NCBI GenBank assembly: GCA_950097015.1
Contig: CATNEN010000024.1
Coordinates: 6,262,001-6,326,000, forward strand
Direction of reading: 5' to 3'
DNA from: Macrostomum hystrix
Lineage: Eukaryota > Animalia > Platyhelminthes
DNA length: 64,000 nucleotides
Notes under the pieces: generated by a model
What the model was told of the DNA's origin: nothing
What the model saw: only the letters and a program-made list of their open reading frames with translations
The model's database searches: none
Part shown: piece after piece, positions 12,360-24,300 of the stretch
How positions within the stretch are numbered: the first letter of the stretch is position 1
Layout of the letters: each line of letters starts with the position of its first letter
Translations under genes and position numbers: made by a program

Positions 12360-15300
12360 ATGCTAGTAAAAGAGTATCGCATATGTCTGCCACTCACTGT
12401 TGCTGAGTACCGGATTGCCCAGCTGTACATGATACAGGTGAGTTAATGCTCGGATATTAGTATGAGCATGCTTGTATAGGACGCCAGTTTCTGGATGAAC
12501 TAATTTGCATATTGCGTGCATTAAAATTATAGGCTAAGATAATAAATTGCTATGCATAGACGCATAGATATGGAGGGACGGAGTAGGAAGTACGAATGGG
12601 ATTTTTCGTTTTGGCGAAAAAATGCGTTGATGAGGTGTTGGGTTATAATTTTAGAAACTCATTTTTCGCTTTTTTCTACGAACTTAGTCAGCTTTTTCAA
12701 CTGTTTTGTCTATGGCCCAATCGTATTCACATAATGACAATATTAATATCCTATCTAATGCTTTTTAGACTACACAGGCAACTCGCAACCTTTCTCCTAC
12801 ACCCAATGTCCGTGCCCAAGTTACATAGAAGCCTTTACTCTTATAGCTATGGATTCTTTGACTAGATCTGGAAAAATCTAATTACCCTTCTTGGGATGCT
12901 CGACATGTCTTTCTTACTCGTGTCACTGCTATTCATTTTAAGGTTTAACTGGGTTAGCTAATGTATATACGGCCCTGCCTGCCTACATGCGTGTGACAGC
13001 AATGCTTGGCTTACCCAATCTTGCTTTCTCCATTCAGTTCTATCACCGTCTTATAGAGGGATAAAATGAGAGCCAGTCCCTAAATATGATGCGCTGTCCT
13101 TCAGTGTGCTGTAGCTGTCCTTCAGTGTGCTGTAGCTGTCCTTCAGTGTGCTGTAGCTGTCCTTCAGTGTGCCGTAGCTGTCCTTCAGTGTGCTGTAGCT
13201 GTCCTTCAGTGTGCTGTAGCTGTCCTTCAGTGTGCTGTAGCTGTCCTTCAGTGTGCTGTAGGTGTCCTTCAGTGTACTTTAGCTGTCCTTCAGTGTCTGA
13301 AGCTGCGCTGTAGCTGTCCTTCAGTGTGCTGTAGGTGTCCTTCAGTGTGCTGTAGCTGTCCTTCAGTGTGCTGTAGCTGTCCTTCAGTGTGCTGTAGGCG
13401 TCCTTCAGTGTACTTTAGCTGTCCTTCAGTGTCTGAAGCTGCGCTGTAGCTGTCCTTCAGTGTGCTGTAGCTGTCCTTCAGTGCGCTGTAGCTGTCCCTC
13501 AGTGTGCTGTAGCTGTCCTTCAGTGTGCTGTAGCTGTCCTTCAGTGTGCTGTAGCTGTCCTTCAGTGTGCTGTAGGTGTCCTTCAGTGTGCTGTTGTCCT
13601 TCAGTGTGCTGTTGTCCTGCAGTGTTCTGTAGCTGTCCTTCTGATAAGCAAGCTACGAGTACAATTAAAGTGCAAGCCCAGTGACATACAGTTTTATATT
13701 TGCAGTAAATCAAGCCTGACTTAGTCTGCGATTCAGCTCTTAGCTCCCCATCTGAATAAAAATAGCCGCCAATTTCATTCTGTCAGTCTTAAAAAATCCA
13801 TCAATTCTGGATAGTTTGAAGCTACAAAGTTCATATATATAAATAAAGGCACACAATGCTTTATGATTGATTGCCCAAATAGCTATTTCAAAAGCAATTC
13901 ATTTTTGCAACTAAGCAGCACGTTGTTGACATCTTCGATCGAAAATCACTGTAGAATGTCTACATTATGTCTACTATATATTTTCCTTAGAATCGAAGAA
14001 GGTGAATACTATCTTATGTATAGATTTTCTGAGTAGATCTTGTGAGTCTTTCACCCTAGTAATATTTTCTGCTGTCGATTTCCATTGTATTTTGCATAAA
14101 TATCTTCCCCTAATTCCTGAGTTCCCTTTCCCTCTTCCTCCTCCCGAGTCTTCCACTCTGACTGTGGAAGTTGCGATTGTATTAAGCGCGCCTCCACGCA
14201 CAGCATTTGAAAATTAGACAGTGAAAGCAATATTTTTGCTTGTTTCCTGTTCCCAAAGAAGTCCGTGGGACCTAGATTAGGGACAAAAACTGCAATAGTC
14301 TTCTTTCGGTTGAGATACGAGTATTAACTTCTTACTGGGTTCAGTTTTGTCCGCTATCTAGGTTGGCCTAACTAACACAGGACAAAAAGCTAAACAAAAA
14401 GCTGTCCATACTTGTTAAAAGATCGATAAATTTAGTTTTCAATGAACTTTTGTAGTTGCCTTCAAGAAAATTCGGTTTCCAATAAACTTCGGTTTCCAAG
14501 AAACTTTGTTTTTTTTCCAAGAAACTTCCATTTCCAAGAAACTTCGGTTTCCAAGTTTCTTCGCTTTTTAAAGAAACTTCGGTTTTCGAATTTCTTCAGT
14601 TTTCAAGGACTTCCAAGAAACTTAGCTTTCCGAAAAACTTCGGTACTAAGAAACTTTTCCTTTTTCTAAGAAACTTTGGTTTAAAAAAACTTCTGTTTCC
14701 AAGAAAGGTCAGTTTCCAAGTTTCCGACTTTGATTTTATGCTGCAGCTTCCTATAAAACTTGTCTCTTAGAATGTTTCTAGGTTTCTAAACAGTCATAAG
14801 TTTAAAATATTTAAGTGGTTTTGAATTTTTTCTTGCGACCAGAGGTTCGTGAGGCCAGTCGACTATTCTGTCTCAAGCTTTCTCTCTCCCTATATCCTTC
14901 ACTTTCTTGCTGTTTCTCAAATCGATTTCTCCCTCATACTCCTTGATTCACAGATCCCCTCGGGGGCTGCATGTTGGGTTCTGAACCCAAGGACTTTGGA
15001 ATTAAGCTACATCGACATCAAACTCTTTAGAAGAAGTGTGTGCGAGAAAAACACGAAATTGGATTGGCTTATTGCCTTTCAAGTCAAGTGGTGTGTGTGT
15101 GTATGAAGTATTTAGTCAGACCTATGCTTCTTATCCATAAAATTGCAGGTTGGTCTGTGTGTGAATTCAAATGAGTTGGCAGAGCTATGACAGCGTGTGG
15201 TTTGCTGTCAGTCAGATGATAAGAAATATCTCATACAACAAACACTAACTCCATATATGACACTATCACTGACATTTATGACAGAATCTCTGACATTTAT

Positions 15301-18300
15301 GACAGAATCTCTGACACTTATGACAGAATCTCTGACACTTATGACAGAATCTCTGACACTTATGACAGAATAATGTCATAATGCAAACTTTACCTTTTTT
15401 GAGCAGAAAAAGTCGCGCGAGGAGAGCACAGGAAGCGGCTCCGGTGTTGAGATCATTGTCAACGAGCCCTATGAGAATGGACCCGGCGGCAGGGGCCAGT
15501 ACACATTTAAGATCTATCACATTGGCAGTCATCTGCCAGGTGAGTTTGCGGGAGGGTGCCGGAGTTACAGAATCCCGGCCGAGTGCCAGAACTGATGAGC
15601 GGTGGAGTGCCAGAACTAATAGGCTAATACTCGGTGGAGTGCCAGAACTGATGAGCGGTGGAGTGCCAGAACTGATGAGCGGTGGAGTGCCAGAACTGAT
15701 GAGCGGTGGAGTGCCAGAACTGATGAGCGGTGGAGTGCCAGAACTGATGAGCGGTGGAGTGCCAGAACTGATGAGCGGTGGAGAGCCAGAACTAATAGGC
15801 TAATAGTCGGTGGAGTGCCAGAACTAATAGGCTAATAGTCGGTGGAGTGCCAGAACTAATAGGCTAATAGGCGGAGGAGTGCCAGAACTAATAGGCTAAT
15901 ACTCGGTGGAGTGCCAGAACTGATGAGCGGTGGAGTGCCAGAACTGATGAGCGGTGGAGTGCCAGAACTAATAGGCTAATACTCGGTGGAGTGCCAGAAC
16001 TGATGAGCGGTGGAGTGCCAGAACTGATGAGCGGTGGAGTGCCAGAACTGATGAGCGGTGGAGTGCCAGAACTGATGAGCGGTGGAGAGCCAGAACTAAT
16101 AGGCTAATAGTCGGTGGAGTGCCAGAACTAATAGGCTAATAGGCGGTGGAGTGCCAGAACTAATAGGCTAATAGTCGGTGGAGTGCCAGAACTAATAGGC
16201 TAATACTCGGTGGAGTGCCAGAAACGGATGAGCGGTGGAGTGCCAGAACTAATAGGCTAATAGTCGGTGGAGTGCCAGAACTGATGAGCGGTGGAGTGCC
16301 AGAACTAATTGGCTAATAGTCGGTGGAGTGCCAGAACTGCTGAGCAGTGGAGTGCCAGAACTAATAGGCCAATAGTCGGTGGAGTGCCAGAACTAATAGG
16401 CCAATAGTCGGTGGAGTGCCAGAACTAATAGGCTAAAAGGCGGAGGAGTGCCAGAACTAATAGGCTAATACTCGGTGGAGTGCCAGAACTGATGAGCGGT
16501 GGAGTGCCAGAACTAATTGGCTAATAGTCGGTGGAGTGCCAGAACTGCTGAGCAGTGGAGTGCCAGAACTAATAGGCCAATAGTCGGTGGAGTGCCAGAA
16601 CTAATAGGCCAATAGTCGGTGGAGTGCCAGAACTGATGAGCGGTGGAGTGCCAGAACTAATAGGCTGAAAGGCGGTGGAGTGCCAGAACTGATTGGTGGT
16701 TGAGTGCCAGAACTGATGAGCGGTGGAGTGCCAGAACTTATAGGCCAATAGTCGGTGGAGTGCCAGAACTAATAGGCCAATAGTCGGTGGAGTGCCAGAA
16801 CTTATGAGCGGTGGAGTGCCAGAACTAATAGGCTAAAAGGCGGTGGAGTGCCAGAACTGATTGGCCAATAGTCGGTGGAGTGCCAGAACTGATGAGCGGT
16901 GGAGTGCCAGAACTAATAGGCTGAAAGGCGGTGGAGTGCCAGAACTGATTGGTGGTTGAGTGCCAGAACTGATGAGCGGTGAAGTGCCAGAACTTATAGG
17001 CCAATAGTCGGTGGAGTGCCAGAACTAATAGGCCAATAGTCGGTGGAGTGCCAGAACTGATGAGCGGTGGAGTGCCAGAACTAATAGGCTAAAAGGCGGT
17101 GGAGTGCCAGAACTGATTGGTGGTTGAGTGCCAGAACTGATTGGTGGTTGAGTGCCAGAACTGATTGGTGGTTGAGTGCCAGAACTGATTGGTGGTTGAG
17201 TGCCAGAACTGATTGGTGGTTGAGTGCCAGAACTGATTGGTGGTTGAGTGCCAGAACTAATAGGCTAAAAGGCGGTGGAGTGCCAGAACTGATGAGCGGT
17301 GGAGTGCCAGAACTGATTGGTGGTTGAGTGCCAGAACTGATTGGTGGTTGAGTGCCAGAACTGATTGGTGGTTGAGTGCCAGAACTGATTGGTGGTTGAG
17401 TGCCAGAACTGATTGGTGGTTGAGTGCAAGAACTGATTGGTGGTTGAGTGCCAGACTTATGAAATACAACTTGTAAGCTTGCTCCCTCTGATTTCAGCCT
17501 GGTTCCGCTCGATTCTGCCCAAATCTGCGCTGCGCGTTGAGGAAGAGGCCTGGAATGCCTATCCATACACCAAGACGCGGTACAAGTGCCCGTTTGTTGA
17601 GAAATTCCTACTGGAGATTGAGACCGTCTACAGAGATGACGCCGGCGATGCTGAGAACGTTTTCGGCTTAGAGGTGCGACTCAGGCATTTGGTCAGGTCC
17701 AGGAGTGTACATTCTAGAGGAGTGTACATTCTAGATGAGTGTACATTCTAGAGGAGTGTACATTCTAGAGGAGTGTACATTCTAGAGGAGTGTACATTCT
17801 AGATGAGTGTACATTCTAGAGGAGTGTACATTCTAGAAGAGTGTACATTCTAGAGGAGTGTACATTCTAGAGGAGTGTACATTCTAGAAGAGTGTACATT
17901 CTAGAGGAGTGTACATTCTAGAGGAGTGTACATTCTAGAAGAGTGTACATTCTAGAGGAGTGTACATTCTAGAGGAGTGTACATTTTAGAGGAGTGTACA
18001 TTCTAGAGGAGAGTACATTCTAGAGGAGTGTACACTATAGAAGAGTGTACATTCTAGAGGAGTGCACAGTCTAGAGGAGTGTACATTATAGAGGAGTGTA
18101 CATTCTAGAGAATTGTACATTCTAGTGGAGTGTAAATTATAGAAGAGCTACTATAGAAGAGCATTCTACAGGAATGTACATCCTAGAGGAGTGTAGATAT
18201 TTAAGCAAAATATTTTTTAGCTCGTTTGTTCTGGTCGCAACAGTGATACCCGTCGTGTCTTTAAACCCAGGCGGGCGATTTGGCTCGCCAAGTTGACTTC

Positions 18301-21300
18301 ATCGACATCGTGCGTGACCCCGTAGATCCCGGCCACTATCATCGCGACGAAGATCCGCGCCTTTTCGTCTCCAAGGCCACCGGGCGGGGTCCGCTCGCCG
18401 ACGACTGGTGCCGGGGCGTTGCCAGCGGAGTAGCGAGCATGATGTGCAGCTACAAGCTGTGCCGAGTTGAGTTTCGCTACTGGGGCATGCAAAACAAAAT
18501 TGAGCGCTTCATACACGATGTGGCGCTGCGCAAGACCATGCTGCGAGCTCATCGGCAGGCATGGGCCTGGCAGGACGAATGGGTGGGACTCAGCATCGAT
18601 GACATTCGCAGGCTGGAGGCGGAGACGGCGGCTGCACTGCAGGCCCGGATGGCGGCGGCCGCGCTCGAAGAGGTCAGTCACTCTCTGTCCAATGTCACTC
18701 TCTGTCAAATGTCACTCTCTGTCTAACGTCACTCTCTGTCCAATGTCACTCTCTGTCCAATTTCACTCTCTGTCCAATGTCACTCTCTGTCCAATTTCAC
18801 TCTCTGTCCAATGTCACTCTCTGTCCAATGTCACTCTCTGTCCAATGTCACTCTCTGTCCAATTTCACTCTCTGTCCAATGTCACTCTCTGTCCAATGTC
18901 ACTCTCTGTCCAATGTCACTCTCTGTCCAATGTCACTCTCTGTTCTATTCTAATTCAGGCCAGCAGTCTGGACGCCGCATCGGCAGCAGTAGCGGCGGTG
19001 GCATCGGCGCCAGTGTCAGGCAGAGGAGGCCTCGGTGTCCCGGTATCGTCGTCTAGCGACGCGTGCTCCGCCCTGACGATGACGCCGTCAACTGGCAAGT
19101 CTATGCGTTCGTCTGGGTCAGCCGGGGCTTCAGGCGCTGCAGAATGCAGGAGTGTTCATCTGGCGAGAGGTTGGTCATAATAATATCCTCAGTTACGTTA
19201 TAACAAACTGCGATGTCCATAAGCTACGAATATGATTTCGACTCCCTAGGATTTCGAAACCTATTGGAACAAGTCATTGTTTCATATATTTTTTACTTCA
19301 TTTGCGTTTTTTGCAGTAGAAAGACTCGCTATTTTTACTTATAATTAGAATCGTCGAGATAATCAGAGATTATTGTCGAAGACCCTTGTGACAAGGACAA
19401 CAAACATTGCCCTGTATAAACCTTTATGGCGAATCCGTATTGGTTCCATAATATTAAAAGTACATTCATATCCAAATTCTCGCGTGTCCATTAGAACCAA
19501 AAGAGCGCGCAGCAACAGAATCGCAGTCGGACTCGGACCAAGACGACTTTGATGACTTCAGCGCCCATCTGTCCGAGGAGTACTTCGACGCCCGCTCCGA
19601 GGCAGCCGAGACAGCCTCATTCGCCACCTGCGTCAGCAGCTACACCCTCGTCAACAGCCGCTCCTCGACACTAAACTCGCAGCGACCTCCGCCGCCTCCT
19701 ACGCAATCATCTAGCGAACACCATCATCATCAGCAGCAGCAACAGCAGCGAGTGCTGTTCCTGATAGTCCATGGTGGCAGCGTGTTAGACACGAACCACG
19801 AGTACCACAACAAACACGCCGACGCCAGCACCCTCCGCAGCTGTCTAAACGCCGTAGCCCAATCCTCGCCTATCTATCGACGTCTACGCGGTCGTTTCGC
19901 CGTTCGCCTGGTGTCGGCGCCGCCTCTGGTTGCCGGCTCGCTGCAGCGCCTGGCCGCGGTGTCGCCCTACAATTATCGGCTGCAGCGATCCACCGCGGAT
20001 GCCTCCCTGGCATTGTCATTCGACCACGCGCCAATCGCCACGGTGCCGCTGCTCATGTCGGCTGCGCCCCAGTATTCAAAAGTTCTGAGCAGCGTGGCCC
20101 AGCGGCTGAACGATCGGCGACGCGAATTTCTGGCTACGGAGGAGGGCAAAGAGTTCGACGATGCCAGGGTGGGTGGTCTAAATAATAGTAATATTATTAT
20201 TATATTTTTCACCTACCCTAATTAAGCCAGATGTACAAGCCGACAGCACAGACGCAAGCTATTGCGCGGCGCATCTAAAGGCTGCGTACAGAAGTTCAGT
20301 CCATGGACTAAGGGGTGCCACAGGGGGGTTCAGTTGGGCGAACTGAAGAAATGCAGAAGTACCTCTAATAATCATATTGCAGACTCCAAATTCCCTGACT
20401 CCTGAGCACACACGCACACAGATACCGTACGCAGGCACAGGCTCACACAGGTGTGTACCTCTGCCCTGACTTTCTCATCGTCAGGCAGTGTACACTCTCA
20501 CTGTGCCTTCGAGTTTGGCCCTCAAGGGCGTAAATTGTCACAAGCCCCCAAGCCTAATGTTGGGGCCTCGCTGCGGAATCGAGCTCAGGGACCTCAGTGC
20601 GAGAGGCAAACGCGCTCTGCCACTCACTCCCCCGAGCAGAGGTGTCAAGCTAAAGGACTTAAATTGGTTCAGTGGAGTCGGGAATCGAACCCCCAACCTT
20701 CAGTCCCATGCTCTAACCACTAGGCTACAAGCCCAGGTCCAAAGAATGGCACGGAGTCCAACTCTCTTCGTTTATTCGATTTGGATTTTTAGATTTGCCT
20801 ATGGCGGAACCCCAGTTTACTGTTTACTACCCCTCAAACCCTAATAGCCAGTTGATTGTTGCTGCAGAAGCTTAACAATTCACAGGTTATTTTCTTAATC
20901 CCAGGTGTGCATCATCGGTGACAGCACCGGCGGCATAGTCGCCTACGACATTCTGGCCGCCGTTGGCGCCGACGCCTCCGGGTCCACCGGCGCAGCGGGC
21001 GAAGGCGTCAGCGAAAAGATTCGCTTGGACTTCTCCGTGACGGATTTATTTCTGCTAGGCTGTCCGCTGGCCCTGCTTCTGGCTTATCGTCAGCTGGCCT
21101 CGGGTCAGGCAAGGCCAGGTGTGTCTGGAAAAACCGTGGAAAAACCGTGGAAAGACCACAAAATCTTTACATTTTTCTATTGAAATCCTCATTTATATAT
21201 TAGCGAATTTTTCTTTATTCGAAACTATTATAATATAATCCTCGATGCCCATTGTAGCCCGACCGGCCTGTGAGCAGGTGTTCAATCTGTACCACAACAC

Positions 21301-24300
21301 TGATCCCTGCTCATTCCGTTTGGAGCCGTTGCTGGCCGAAAGCTTTCGTTGGCTGGCTCCGGTGGCGCTGCCCAAGTGTGGAATCCTCCCCCAGCAACCG
21401 CAGCAGCAGCAGCAGCAGCAGCTCCACCAGCTCCACCAGCTTCAAATGCAGCTTCAGCAACTGGCCGAGTCTATAACGCTTGTTGAGACGCTAAACACTT
21501 GTCCGGAGTTGCTTCGTTCTGAAGTACCTCAGCAGCATCAGCATCAGCCGCAGCAACAGCAGCAGCAGCAGCCTCCAGCCACAGCTCAGGAGCGAATTGG
21601 ATCTCGGCTGTCAAGGCAGAATTCCGGCTCCAGCGGCTGCAGCGGCGGCGGAATGGACTCGACCGTGCTAGAAGTGATGCAGGACGGTGAGTTCCTGGAA
21701 AGTTTTGTTCGGGGAGTAGGGAACAGAGGATCAGGGAGTAGGGAGCGGATCAGGGATTAGGGAGCGGATCAGGGATTAGGGAGCGGATCAGGGATTAGGG
21801 AGCGGATCAGGGATTAGGGAGCGGATCAGGGACTAGGGAGCGGATCAGGGATTAGGGAGCGGATCAGGGATTAGGGAGCGGATCAGGGATTAGGGAGCGG
21901 ATCAGGGATTAGGGAGCGGATCAGGCAGTAGGGAGCGGATCGGCGAGTAGGGAGCGGATCAGGGAGTAGGGAGCGGATCAGGGAGTAGGGAGCGGATCAG
22001 GGAGTAGGGAGCGGATCAGGGATTAGGGAGCGGATCAGGGTAGTACCAACGCACCCATTACCGGCCGCAGTCTGTCAGCGGTGGTGGGGCACGAAGCGCC
22101 TTGACTTCAGTCTGCACTGCCCGGACTCGCTGGCTCGATTTCCCGTCAACGCCATGCCGCTGCTGTTCCACGCCAGCTACTGGGAGAGCACCGATGCAGC
22201 CGCTTTCATCCTGAGCCAATTGATCCCCTTCGGCGTTGGCGGCCTCGCAGCTACGTCCGCGGCAACATCGGTGAGCAGGATGCACTTTAGGGTGTAATTC
22301 CGCATTCCACAAAGACTTAATAATAATAATAATAATTGCAGAAGGGCTGTGGGCAATGGCACATCATTTGGTGACACTAGACCCGCAGCCAGCGAGGAGG
22401 CAATTCTGCCCATTTCGCTGACTCCTGAGCACACACACACACTGCTACCGTACGCAGGCACACATTAACCCAGGTGTGTACATCTGCCCTGGCTTTCTCA
22501 TCGTCAGGCAGTGTGCGCTGTCACTGTCCTTGGAAATTCGCCCTCAATGCTGTAAGTTGCACGACAAGCCCCAAGCCTTTTATGCGCGGCTGTGCCCCAA
22601 ATGAATGTGGCCTCGTCGCAGAATCGAACTCATGGACCTTGATGCGAGAGGCAAACGCGTTAGCCGCTCTGCCAACGACCCCCTCCGTAAGGACTTACCC
22701 TCTCCGTGTCATTTGGTAAGGACTCTACCTTATACTCTACTCTACTCTACTCCCACTCTACCTTCTTTCCAGTGTCTTTCGGTAAGGACTTACCTTCTTT
22801 TGGCACTATTTGAATTTCTTTTCTAAGAAATATGTTTCCTAGAAAATATGCTCCTAATATTTTTTCCAGGTCTATCAGTCAGCCAGCAGTCTTCTGATGC
22901 CAAATGACTCTGCTGAATCAGCCACGGCGACCCCTGGCTACAGGGAGTCATTAATGTCTGGCCTCGGTTTCGCCGCCTCCTCAGCCATCGAAGGCGGGAA
23001 GCGGCCTCGAAGGCGCCTCACTAGCGGGGTTCGTTTGAAGGTCAGTTGAAACCTGGTCCGGATGTCATGTTCGCAATTGGCTACTGAATTTAGTTCATGA
23101 GTAGCATGCTGTGGGTGTTTTTTTACGTTGTCATTGTTTTTGTCATTGTCACCAGGGACTCCGCCAAGAATCGCTGAATATCTCGACGATGCTGACATCG
23201 GACGGCTTTGAAAGTTAGTTCATCGTAAAGGGCGGAAAATTTTGATCCATGGGGTGGACTTTTATGAAAATCGGTCATTCTGTTTGGGAGCTATCGTGAA
23301 GTGGGCAGCGGGTATTTGAAATGGCCCCGTTGTCTTTCCCCAGGGCGAAAATTGCTGTTAAGAAATATCGTGGTATTTTACTTAATAATGCCCCGCGCTC
23401 AAATCTCACATCTGCTCTAACAATGTTGATTTTTTTTAAACTTCGCAGTCGACCTGCCTGCCCCATATCACAGTGGTAAGCACTGACCACAAACCCTAGC
23501 AAAAATCATTAATGTTTTGTTCGGACTTTGGTCAATATCAATGTCTATACTTTTAATTTTATCCATTTGCATCGTGCTCGCACTTTAGTTGGCAAATTTT
23601 TGTTTAAACGAATAAGCCCGTTTCTTAGAAAAAAGCTAAACGGTGCATAAGTTGTGTTTTTCGTCTGTGTTTGTTTTGTACTCATTGTCGGCAGCTTAGA
23701 TTTTGAGTCATTATTTTTACCCATATTTTAATCGTGAAGTAGAAATATTCACAAAGAAGTTTTTTCGCACTGTATTGTCGCATCTCGCTACTGATAGTAG
23801 AATTACGATGGTTTACGCTCAGAAATTCGACCAAGTGGACATAGTTATCGCAGATAAACAAAATAACTATCGATGTATCGAATTATAACAACGAGTAATA
23901 GATTCGTCAGAATTTGAAATTATATTTTTGAATGTAAATAATTGCAAATAAGTAATTTAAGAGGTGCATTAGAACTAACACAATTGTTGTTATAAGCAGT
24001 TGCGTATACTGCCAGTGAGTACTATTATTAGTTTTTTCATATAATTTAAATTTTTCTTTAATAGAGGCATAAATTAGTATTCGAATAAAATCTACACAGT
24101 TTTAATTGTTTCGTTGTTGCTACAATTATGATAGTTCTTTGAAGTCGTAAGTCATATTTGTTAGAAAATATTAATATATGCATTAATATTTTCTAAAACG
24201 TTTCTAAAACGCAACTTTATAAATGAATACGTTGCACGCATTATGAAAAACTGTTGTTTTTTATCGTTTTCGTGTATTTAACTGCTAAAAGACTGGTAGT

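Noticed and set aside
15578-17455. CRISPR-like repeat/spacer look of the constant-core array
   Set aside because: The spacers are only 7-15 nt and recur many times, there are no cas genes, and the array is in a eukaryotic intron.
19720-21580. Poly-Q/H and poly-A tracts in RdgB and other proteins
   Set aside because: They occur in nearly every gene here and look like a genome-wide slippage trait, not a specific signal.
23050-23502. Minus-strand ORFs 22938..23198 and 23275..23502 in rdgB as a nested gene
   Set aside because: One overlaps a real exon in antisense and the other has no recognisable homology or consistent splice sites.
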